This document shows positions 46,583 to 54,901 of a stretch of DNA of 56,705 bases, piece by piece. Made by a program: the position numbers and the translations under genes. Source of the DNA: an uncultured archaeon (GTDB lineage: Archaea > Asgardarchaeota > Thorarchaeia > Thorarchaeales > Thorarchaeaceae). The stretch spans positions 1 to 56,705 of the forward strand of contig CAZVZC010000008.1 of NCBI GenBank assembly GCA_964631415.1, in the 5' to 3' direction. The notes beneath the pieces were generated by a model. That model ran no database searches. It saw nothing but the letters and a program-made list of their open reading frames with translations, and was not told the DNA's origin. Within the stretch, counting starts at the first letter, position 1, and the number at the start of each line of letters is the position of its first letter.

Positions 46583-48184
46583 TCAGAGAGCCTTGACCAT
46601 GTATGGTCCAGCATCTCTGAACCCAAGAGACCGATAGTATTGCTTGACTCCGAGACCGCTATTCACAAGCATTCGGTCTGCATGATAGTCTGTGCGACCA
46701 ATCTCCTCTGCTGCCGTCATGAGCTTCTCACCCAGACCTAAGTGCTGCCAAGCCCCCTGTTCTCTCCGACCTACATCTACAACGGGGCCATAGACCCTGA
46801 GTTCTCTGATTATGACAGATGAGCCCTCTCCAATCTCAGGACGGTGTGCCTCCGGGCTTGGCCTTCTCAGCCGCAGGAAACCACCGATGAGATCGAGGTC
46901 AGGCACCTCAAAGGACAGGAATGTTTCAGTCCCGTCTGATGCCTTGTAGTCGCGTCTTACGAGCCGTGAGGCATCGATCTCAACCTTCTCGTGTGTCCTC
47001 AGCTGATAGTGGCCTATCTCCCTGTATCGTATCGTGGGGTCTCTAAGCCCCCCTGCTCTCATCTTCTCCTGCACGAGCTCTCTCAGGTTGCCCCTGTTGA
47101 GGCCGGCCTCTATCTGGTGCAGTGGAATATCCCTCTGCATTCGCTGGATTCGAACGTACTCAGGCATCCTGCTTATGGCCTGTGCCAGCATATCCACGAC
47201 CAGCTCGACGGAGTATGGAGTGTATTCCCCCTTCATCCACCAGTCATACAGTTTCGTGTTCTTGATGACCAATGTGGGATATATCTTCAGCATGTCAGGA
47301 CGAAAGCGGGGATCCGAGAAGAGCGTTTCAAAGTCCTTCAGATCATCAGAGGGTGTGTTGCCCGGCAGACCGGGCATCATATGGTAGCACACCTTCAGTC
47401 CGCTGTCCCGAAGAAGCTTGGTCGCACGAGCAGTCGCCGCAACATCGTGCCCACGTGAAACCCGCTCTAAGACCTTGTCAGAGAGAGTCTGTACACCAAT
47501 CTCCACTCGTGTCGCACCCATCCGGAGCATGTCATCGATGTTCTCCGGGGTGATCATATCTGGACGAGTTTCAAAGGTCATGCCTACGTTTCTGACCCCT
47601 GCAACCTCGTTGAGCGCTTTGGCTTCGTCTAGGCTTCCGCTTGTCTGCCCGTTCATGGTGTCAATGCAGCCCTTCACAAACCACTCTCTGTATGCCTGAT
47701 CCTTTGAACACCAGTCACCACCCATGACTATGAGTTCAGTCTTGCTCACAGCATGGCCAGTAGCCCTTAACTGCCCAAGTCGGCTACTGACCTGTCTATT
47801 GGGGTCGAAGTCATTCTGGAGACCTCTCATTGTGGCGGGCTCGTATCCAGTGTAACTCTGAGGCACTCCTGCTTCAGGTCCACCGGGGCAGTACGCACAG
47901 CGCCCATGCGGACAAGATCGTGGACTGGTCATTACGGCAACGACGGCCACACCCGAAACTGTCCGTACAGGACGTGTTTGGAGCAGACGGACTAGCCTGT
48001 CGAGTTCACTTGGACGCGCAGCCTCAAGCACGTCAGCATTAGCGGGAACGACAGGATGTCTGTACTTGGCGCAGACCTGGGTCTTGATCCTATTGATGGC
48101 TTGCCTGTTGAGTACTACGTCCGAGCCGAGTAGAGTCTCGATTATCTCCCTTCGGAGACGATAGTCTGTGTCCTGCGGCGACAT
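46583..48184 (-). CDS. elp3: Elp3 tRNA U34 carboxymethylation enzyme (radical SAM + KAT)
   Basis: CPHGRCAYCPGG, QSYTGYEP, KIYPT, RELRVYG, QHLGLG. Confidence 0.96.
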   Translation of the reverse strand: MSPQDTDYRLRREIIETLLGSDVVLNRQAINRIKTQVCAKYRHPVVPANADVLEAARPSELDRLVRLLQTRPVRTVSGVAVVAVMTSPRSCPHGRCAYCPGGPEAGVPQSYTGYEPATMRGLQNDFDPNRQVSSRLGQLRATGHAVSKTELIVMGGDWCSKDQAYREWFVKGCIDTMNGQTSGSLDEAKALNEVAGVRNVGMTFETRPDMITPENIDDMLRMGATRVEIGVQTLSDKVLERVSRGHDVAATARATKLLRDSGLKVCYHMMPGLPGNTPSDDLKDFETLFSDPRFRPDMLKIYPTLVIKNTKLYDWWMKGEYTPYSVELVVDMLAQAISRMPEYVRIQRMQRDIPLHQIEAGLNRGNLRELVQEKMRAGGLRDPTIRYREIGHYQLRTHEKVEIDASRLVRRDYKASDGTETFLSFEVPDLDLIGGFLRLRRPSPEAHRPEIGEGSSVIIRELRVYGPVVDVGRREQGAWQHLGLGEKLMTAAEEIGRTDYHADRMLVNSGLGVKQYYRSLGFRDAGPYMVKAL

Positions 48185-48329
48185 CCCTTAGGTAGCACGT
48201 TGTGTCCAGATTAATACTCAGCGATGCGCTCAGATGTCGCTGTCGTTCGATTGGGGAATCGTGCCGATTGGATACCTTTTTATGAAGATGGAGCGGGCTT
48301 GTGACGATTGCTGATTGAGGTAGGTTCGA

Positions 48330-48491
48330 TTGCCCGGTTCACACGGCTCACTAACAAAGGCGGGAAAGGTCCGAGAGGCCACTCCAAAGGTCGCATCTCG
48401 AGAGCGTCACACTCCAATCCCACGCATCCGCAACAAGACAAACTACGTCAAGCGATTCATCCGCGGACGTACCGTCGGCGTCAGAGCATAG
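48330..48491 (+). CDS. rps30e: Ribosomal protein eS30 (53 aa) MPGSHGSLTKAGKVREATPKV...
   Basis: Hand translation; HGSL-x-KAGKVR-x-x-TPKV signature; TTG start after GAGGT; missing from ORF track. Confidence 0.93.
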   Translation: MPGSHGSLTKAGKVREATPKVASRERHTPIPRIRNKTNYVKRFIRGRTVGVRA

Positions 48492-48507
48492 GACGGTCTC
48501 TAGCTCC

Positions 48508-49383
48508 TCAGTGCCCTCTTAGTTTGACTTCTTTGGTTCCATCCTGTGTGTGTTGCACTAGCTTCTTCGCGCCAGTAGAGTCCCTGCAGTAATTACCGAA
48601 CTCACTTATCTTGGCCAGTTGATTCCAAGTGAACACCGGGCCATCCAAGCAAACCAGATCGCCTGTCGTGTCCAACGCACATGAACCACAGATGCCACAC
48701 CCACACTTCATGAATCGCTCCAATGACGCCTGAATCTGGATACCCTTGCGATGAGCAATCTTGTAGAGCTCTACCATCATCAACTCAGGGCCGCAGGTGT
48801 ACATGATGTCGAAGTCGGACTTGCTGATGATGTCTTCCACAGCATCGGAAGCAAGTCCCTTGAATCCTGCTGAACCGTCGTCTGTCGCCAACTTGAGAAC
48901 GAGCCCCTTTCTGGCCAACTTGGTGAACTCATCTACAAAAATGAGGTCGTCAACAGTGCGTGCAGCCATCAACAGTGTCACGTGCTTGGTCACGTCCAAC
49001 AGACTGTAGACAAGTAGTCTGAGCGCGGCCATGCCGATCCCTCCCCCGACCACAAGCGCTCTCTCAGGTTGAACCTTGAAATGGTTCCCAAATGGGCCTC
49101 GGACTCCGATGTATTGGCCCTTAGACATTGAAACGAGGGCTTGAGTAGCCTCACCTATTGGCAAGACTGTTACTCCCGCATAGGGTGATTCCCAGAACGA
49201 CACACTCATCGGAACCTCGTCCACGCCTGGGACCCAAATCATGAAGAACTGTCCAGGTTGCACTTTCACGTTTCTTCTCTTGATAGGAAAGGAGAGGGTG
49301 CGTGTCCGTCTGTTCTCCTCTTTCACCGAACTCACGCGTACAGACTCCGGGCTTCCAACCAGTCGTTCTATATCCAACTTCAA
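48508..49383 (-). CDS. pyrK: Dihydroorotate dehydrogenase electron transfer subunit
   Basis: PGQFFM, RGPFG, GGGIG, CGPE, MKCGCGICGSC, CLDGPVF. Confidence 0.94.
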   Translation of the reverse strand: MKLDIERLVGSPESVRVSSVKEENRRTRTLSFPIKRRNVKVQPGQFFMIWVPGVDEVPMSVSFWESPYAGVTVLPIGEATQALVSMSKGQYIGVRGPFGNHFKVQPERALVVGGGIGMAALRLLVYSLLDVTKHVTLLMAARTVDDLIFVDEFTKLARKGLVLKLATDDGSAGFKGLASDAVEDIISKSDFDIMYTCGPELMMVELYKIAHRKGIQIQASLERFMKCGCGICGSCALDTTGDLVCLDGPVFTWNQLAKISEFGNYCRDSTGAKKLVQHTQDGTKEVKLRGH

Positions 49384-50249
49384 CTCCTCCCGGCCAAACC
49401 AATGATATCTGAAACGTCCTTGAAGCCCTGCTCACGAATGTACGTCCTCACACCATCCTTGATTCGTCTGAACACGTCAGTGCCGCCGAGCACAGCAGTC
49501 CCAATCTGAATTGCCCTCGCCCCCGCCAAGTGCATCTCGACAGCGTCTTCCCAAGTCGACACGCCGCCCACGCCAATGACCGGGATTGACAAGGCATTGA
49601 AGAGATCGTAGACACAGCGGACGGCTATGGGGAAAACAGGTGGACCCGAGAGGCCTCCGACCTTGTTGCTCAGTACTGGACGCCTCTGGTAGATGTCAAT
49701 CTTCATTGCTCGAACTGTATTGACAGCGACCACGGCGTCAGCACCAGCACGTTCTGCAGCCTGACCTACCGAAACTATGTCAGAGGCATTCGGAGTCAAC
49801 TTGGCGAGAAGAGGGCATCCGACCACATCCTTGGCTGCCCGGACGAAGTTATAGGTCAGCTTCGGATCATGCGCTATCTGACTGATTTCTGCGTGTGGAC
49901 AGGACAGGTTCAGTTCAATTGCGTCAGGCTCCATAGCCACTCCTTTCTTCGCCACCTGCACAATCTCCTCCAGAGTGCCTCCAAAGACGCTTAGTACGAT
50001 AGGTACGCCCAACTGCTTCATCAACCGGACCTCGTCAGCGAACTGGTCGATACCCGGGTTGGTCAAGCCAACGGCATTCAACAAGCCCCCATGTGACACT
50101 GCAAGAACGGGTCCGGGGTTTCCCTTCCTTGGCTGAGAACCGATTGACTTAGTGACAACTGCATCTGCGCCAGACTCAACAACACGGCGCATGGAAGAGC
50201 CAGTGACTCCAAGGATGCCTGATGCAAGCCAATAGCCTTCAAGCTTCAA
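49380..50249 (-). CDS. pyrD: Dihydroorotate dehydrogenase B catalytic subunit
   Basis: LNAVGLTNPG, ELNLSCPH, KLTPN, GGLSG. Confidence 0.95.
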   Translation of the reverse strand: MKLEGYWLASGILGVTGSSMRRVVESGADAVVTKSIGSQPRKGNPGPVLAVSHGGLLNAVGLTNPGIDQFADEVRLMKQLGVPIVLSVFGGTLEEIVQVAKKGVAMEPDAIELNLSCPHAEISQIAHDPKLTYNFVRAAKDVVGCPLLAKLTPNASDIVSVGQAAERAGADAVVAVNTVRAMKIDIYQRRPVLSNKVGGLSGPPVFPIAVRCVYDLFNALSIPVIGVGGVSTWEDAVEMHLAGARAIQIGTAVLGGTDVFRRIKDGVRTYIREQGFKDVSDIIGLAGRS

Positions 50250-50377
50250 CTAGATCCCACCATTTCCGACTGGCGAAGCCGCTGTAATAAGCTCAGTGGC
50301 AGAAGCACTTGCTATGGCAGGTGGTGGACAGTCAAGCTTATCATCAACTGGCCAGTCAGAGCATTGGTTGATGAGCT

Positions 50378-51637
50378 GTGCCAGTGTATCTAGTGCAAAC
50401 CGTCTTTGGCATCTTCCTGCTTAATCAGGCCAGTGGATTGATTGGAAAACAACTGACCTACCCTGACGTAGGAGCCTCCGTCTTGGAGACGAACGCCTTG
50501 AACAAGGGCACACCGACAGAGAACCTCAGACGGATCATTGAAGGGCTTGAAAGATCAGCCACGGATACAATAGTAGTCGAGAGCTCGGCAATGGCACGAG
50601 CGCTCTCTGCACTTACCAAGACCCCTGTGAGGGTTGAAGAGAACTCGACCACTGCAAAGCTGTTCAGGACAACATTAGACCGGCATCTCTTGGAAACAGG
50701 GATTGTCACATCAGAAGGAGACACAGTCCTGTTCAAACACGAAGTGGCTGTGAGCCTAGCGAAGTCTGCAGTGAGTACAGCGACTGAGGCAAAAGACCTC
50801 TTGGTGAAACATGCGATAGATGCAGTGGGTGAGATTGACCGGTCAATAAACATCGCCACGATGCGGCTGAGAGAGTGGTACTCACTTCACCATAGCTCGC
50901 TGAGTGGACTCATTGAGGATCAACAGCAGTTTGTTAGAACCGTGATTGCCTGTAAGAGCCGACAACAAGTGACCGAGGACCGACTCAGGTCAGCAGGACT
51001 CCCAGATGCCCTGATTCAGTCAGTGATTGATCGGGTCGAAGACGACATTGGAGCTGACTTTGACGAGGCTGACCTTGGAATCATCAATCGTTTGGCTGGG
51101 ACCATTGAAGGGCTTTATGATACCAGAAGAGAACTTGAGAACTACATCGAGTCTCTGATGCGGAGGGTTGCTCCAAACATAACCTCGCTTGTGGGTCCAA
51201 TGGTCGGTGCTCGCTTGATCAGTCTAGCAGGTAACATCCATGATCTGGCCCAGAAACCCTCGAGCACTGTTCAGGTCTACGGTGCAGAGAAAGCACTCTT
51301 TCGTAGTCTAAAGACTGGAACAGACCCGCCAAAACATGGTGTGATATACCAGGTCCCGGAGGTATACTCCGCCCCCTACTGGCAGAGGGGTAAGATTGCC
51401 AGAGCACTGGCTGGAAAGCTCGCCATAGCAGCCAAGATTGACGCCTATTCACGAAGAGATGCCGGAGCTGAGATCAGAGGCGCTTTCGAGAGAAGGCTTG
51501 AGGAGATTCGTAAGCACAATCCAGAGGCCCCGAAGAAAGAACCACAGAAGAGGGTCGGGGGCAGACAGGTGCGGGCACCGCCACCAAGACGGAGTCGAGG
51601 CAGAACACAGAAGAGATGGGAAGGACGTAGACAATGA
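50378..51637 (+). CDS. nop5: Box C/D RNP protein Nop5 (Nop56/58)
   Basis: RLREWY, APN, STVQVYGAEKALF, PPKHG, GKIARALAGK. Confidence 0.95.
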   Translation: MPVYLVQTVFGIFLLNQASGLIGKQLTYPDVGASVLETNALNKGTPTENLRRIIEGLERSATDTIVVESSAMARALSALTKTPVRVEENSTTAKLFRTTLDRHLLETGIVTSEGDTVLFKHEVAVSLAKSAVSTATEAKDLLVKHAIDAVGEIDRSINIATMRLREWYSLHHSSLSGLIEDQQQFVRTVIACKSRQQVTEDRLRSAGLPDALIQSVIDRVEDDIGADFDEADLGIINRLAGTIEGLYDTRRELENYIESLMRRVAPNITSLVGPMVGARLISLAGNIHDLAQKPSSTVQVYGAEKALFRSLKTGTDPPKHGVIYQVPEVYSAPYWQRGKIARALAGKLAIAAKIDAYSRRDAGAEIRGAFERRLEEIRKHNPEAPKKEPQKRVGGRQVRAPPPRRSRGRTQKRWEGRRQ

Positions 51638-52329
51638 GTGTAGAAGCACACAAGTTCCCTGGCGTTTTCAGAGTGAAAGACGGGGAGAGGGCGTCACTTG
51701 CTACACGCAGTCTTGTTGAAGGCCAGAGTGTCTACGGTGAGAAGATTGTCAGGAATGAGCAGGGGGAGTTCAGACTCTGGTCTCCAAGAAGGTCCAAGCT
51801 GTCAGCAGCCATTGAGAATGGTCTCACTGAGATGCCAATCCAGCCGGGGTCGAAAGTCCTGTATCTCGGAGCGGCATCTGGAACAACCGTCAGTCACGTT
51901 TCGGATGTCGTCGGGAGCAGTGGAGTGGTCTACGCTGTTGAGTTCTCACCTACAACCGCCAGGGGTCTGATCAAGCTCGCCGGAACGAGGAGAAATGTGA
52001 TCACGATTGTCGAAGATGCCAGATACCCGCTACGATACAGTCCGATTGTCACTGGACCTATCGATGTGGTGTACGAAGATGTGGCACAATCAGACCAAGC
52101 AAGAATCCTGCACGACAACGTCGCGGCCTTCTGCTCGTATGGTGCGTGGGGCATGATTGCGATAAAGGCGCGGAGCATAGACTCCACTTTGGACACCAGC
52201 AAGGTCTACAACAGGGAAGTCTCCAGACTTGATGAGCTTGGACTTGAAGTCGTGGAGAAAGTAGACCTTGAGCCCTATGAGAAGGACCACATATTCGTGG
52301 TCTGTCGTGTTAGGGAGGACGTTCCGTGA
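51634..52329 (+). CDS. flpA: Fibrillarin-like rRNA/tRNA 2'-O-methyltransferase
   Basis: VYGE, RSKLSAA, VLYLGAASGTTVSHVSD. Confidence 0.96.
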   Translation: MSVEAHKFPGVFRVKDGERASLATRSLVEGQSVYGEKIVRNEQGEFRLWSPRRSKLSAAIENGLTEMPIQPGSKVLYLGAASGTTVSHVSDVVGSSGVVYAVEFSPTTARGLIKLAGTRRNVITIVEDARYPLRYSPIVTGPIDVVYEDVAQSDQARILHDNVAAFCSYGAWGMIAIKARSIDSTLDTSKVYNREVSRLDELGLEVVEKVDLEPYEKDHIFVVCRVREDVP

Positions 52330-52772
52330 GCAGACTGTTTGACAAGATGATTCAGCGTGAGATTGACGCTGCCAATGATCATCTGCCAAAAGAGACAGTC
52401 GCGCTATGTGATCTGATTCGGACTAAGTCGCCACACTACGTTTCTCGGGGAGGAGAGGTCTCTGTATTTCGGACTGAGGAAATCGAGATGCTCTCAAGGG
52501 AGGTCCCCATCGAACTGCAGTGTGAAGTCAAACTCCCAATCATAGTCCTGAGGAGGACGGATCTTGGGCCGGGAATATTCACGGTTGCCGGGGGCCGAGT
52601 CGAGCTGTTTCTAGTTCAGAGAATCATCGTAGGACAGGTTGACCTAGGTTGGGACAAGCTCAACTGTTGGAAACCCATTGACACGATTTACCGACGTAAT
52701 GTAAAGACTCTCAGGCGCAGGTTGCCTTCAACAACATGTCTGGGATTCACATTGGCCCCGGAAGCCGACTAA
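52326..52772 (+). CDS. DUF61-family protein
   Basis: NDHLP..L, VKLPII, LRRRLPSTT; typical position after fibrillarin. Confidence 0.75.
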   Translation: MSRLFDKMIQREIDAANDHLPKETVALCDLIRTKSPHYVSRGGEVSVFRTEEIEMLSREVPIELQCEVKLPIIVLRRTDLGPGIFTVAGGRVELFLVQRIIVGQVDLGWDKLNCWKPIDTIYRRNVKTLRRRLPSTTCLGFTLAPEAD

Positions 52773-52865
52773 AGACCGTGCCAGCAGACTTCCCTTGCCA
52801 ATTGCCGGTACCTGTTCAGCAATGCTGAAATAAGCTTGACACTAGACCTAGTCAGGGCATTGAAG

Positions 52866-53828
52866 ATGACGAAAGCTCGAAGCCAACTCCTACAAAAGGT
52901 CATGTCAAACCTAGAGGAGGCTGGGTTCGAACTCTCGTCACAGTGTGATGTGCGACCGAGCTGCTTCGATTTGGTGGCTCGAAGAGGAGGACAACTGATT
53001 CTCGTCAAGGTGCTCGCGAATGTCGATGCATTGACAAAGGAGGACGCCGTGACACTTCAGCAGGTGGCTCACTTCTTCAATGCCACGGCCTTGGTTGTCG
53101 GTGAAAAGAGCCGAAGAGGCGTGTTGGACGAAGGAACGGTCTACAAGAGGTACGGCGTGTACGCAATGACCCCACCCAGCTTCCGGACAATGGCCACGGA
53201 GGGCGAACAGCCAAGAGAGTTGATCCAGAGGGGAGGAAGGTTCGTCGCCATTGACGGCTCCAAACTGAGAAAGGCCCGTGAATCTCTTAAAATGACCCAA
53301 GAGGAGCTGGCCCACTGCGTCGAGGTGTCTGCCAGAGCAGTTCTCGCGTATGAGAAGGAGGAGATGGATGTTAGCTCCGATGTTGCTCAGCGGCTGGAGA
53401 AGGTCCTCGAAACAGACATTGTCATCCCAATAGATGTGCTGAGCGAGCCTGTCAGACAAAGGCACATAGAACAGCCAAAGGTGCGACAGGACATTCCGGA
53501 CTTGGAGAAGCGAGTGAATGAGTTCTTCGAGAGGCTTGGGATGAAAGTCCTGTGGACCGACCGGGCACCGTTCCACGTGGCGGCGAAAGAGGAGGGACCA
53601 CCTGTCATGTCAGGAGTTGGCTCATTGAGGAGCTGGACCCTACAGAAACGCATGGAGATCCTGAAGAGTGTTTCAAAGGTGGCCGAGTCCAACGTCGTAA
53701 TCATTGTTGAAGAGGGAGAGGCCGACGAGCAGGTCTCTGACCTTCCTGTGATCAGACAGCTGGAGCTGGATGAGATTGAGAAGCCCAGCGAACTGAAGAA
53801 GATCATTGCGGAGAGGTCAGGGGCCTAG
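52866..53828 (+). CDS. Archaeal HTH transcriptional regulator (COG1395-like)
   Basis: SCFDLVARR..VKVLANVD, RGG..V.IDG, central XRE-HTH, APFH. Confidence 0.88.
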   Translation: MTKARSQLLQKVMSNLEEAGFELSSQCDVRPSCFDLVARRGGQLILVKVLANVDALTKEDAVTLQQVAHFFNATALVVGEKSRRGVLDEGTVYKRYGVYAMTPPSFRTMATEGEQPRELIQRGGRFVAIDGSKLRKARESLKMTQEELAHCVEVSARAVLAYEKEEMDVSSDVAQRLEKVLETDIVIPIDVLSEPVRQRHIEQPKVRQDIPDLEKRVNEFFERLGMKVLWTDRAPFHVAAKEEGPPVMSGVGSLRSWTLQKRMEILKSVSKVAESNVVIIVEEGEADEQVSDLPVIRQLELDEIEKPSELKKIIAERSGA

Positions 53829-54532
53829 ACTGTGCCCAATGAACCTTGACTATTCGTGGTTCCCTCAACAAGAATCCGTTTGACAGACATCCAGCTTCTT
53901 CGCACAATGTCGGGCAGTTCTTTGCCTTCTGCGACTAGATTGCGTACAAACTGAACGGTCTTGGGGTCGGACGGGTATCCCGAGCCGATGTCGCCAAAGG
54001 CCTCTCGCATTCGTTCAATCTGCCTGTCACGTTCCACCTTTGCAACTATCGACGCGGCTGACACAATCGGATAGTTGAAGTCGGCATGGTGCTCAGAAGT
54101 TATGCTGCAGCCGAGTGAGAGCAACCCGCTCCTCTCTCCCACCAGCCTTCCGAACCTCTGAGGGTTCACGTCCACTGAATCGATAAAGACACGTTCGGGG
54201 CGAAGAGAACTCAAGACGAACGCGAAGGCCACTGCCTCGATCTCATTGAGCGTGATACCCGCTGCCCTCTGCTTGTCAATGTCTGCAGCAGATATGGACT
54301 GCAGGACGACCTGCGCGGTTATACCTCGAATCAGCAAAGCAAGCTCAGTGCGACGTTTTGGAGTAAGCAGCTTTGAGTCCTTGACACCTATGCGCTCCAG
54401 CTCTGGAAGTGTGTCTGCTGCCACTGACACACCACATACGACAAGCGGACCTATCATGGGACCACGACCGGCCTCATCTATTCCTCCTATGCCCTGAAGC
54501 TCGGGGTTTCGTGGTACCATGAATATGTCCAT
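53825..54532 (-). CDS. rnhB: Ribonuclease HII
   Basis: GIDEAGRGP, KDSK, VSAASIVAK, GSGYPSDP; start at 54532 or 54520. Confidence 0.95.
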   Translation of the reverse strand: MDIFMVPRNPELQGIGGIDEAGRGPMIGPLVVCGVSVAADTLPELERIGVKDSKLLTPKRRTELALLIRGITAQVVLQSISAADIDKQRAAGITLNEIEAVAFAFVLSSLRPERVFIDSVDVNPQRFGRLVGERSGLLSLGCSITSEHHADFNYPIVSAASIVAKVERDRQIERMREAFGDIGSGYPSDPKTVQFVRNLVAEGKELPDIVRRSWMSVKRILVEGTTNSQGSLGTV

Positions 54533-54901
54533 CACAGCCGGACTTATTATTGTCATGCCTTTTGGCCGGCATGAACTAAGTCCGGCGACTCTGTGGAAAA
54601 AAAGAGTCAGGCGGAGAACCACCGGACTGGGCCTGGAATCGGAGATGACATCAAGTGTTCACAGCTTGGCATAATCCACTCTGATTGAACTTGCTGCTGC
54701 TTCATTTGCATTGCTTGTCTAGCACAGCCTGCAGGAAACCGCCAAGTCATAGACTCAGGATTCCTTCAAGTGGTTATCCTGCCAGTCATGCGCAGTCATT
54801 GATGACACTGTTCCCCTGTACAGCCCTCGAGTCCATCCCAGCGACTAGTGACAGCGTGTTCTTAAGTGAAGGCTAAGACGACTAGGTACTGTGGTGTAGG
54901 T

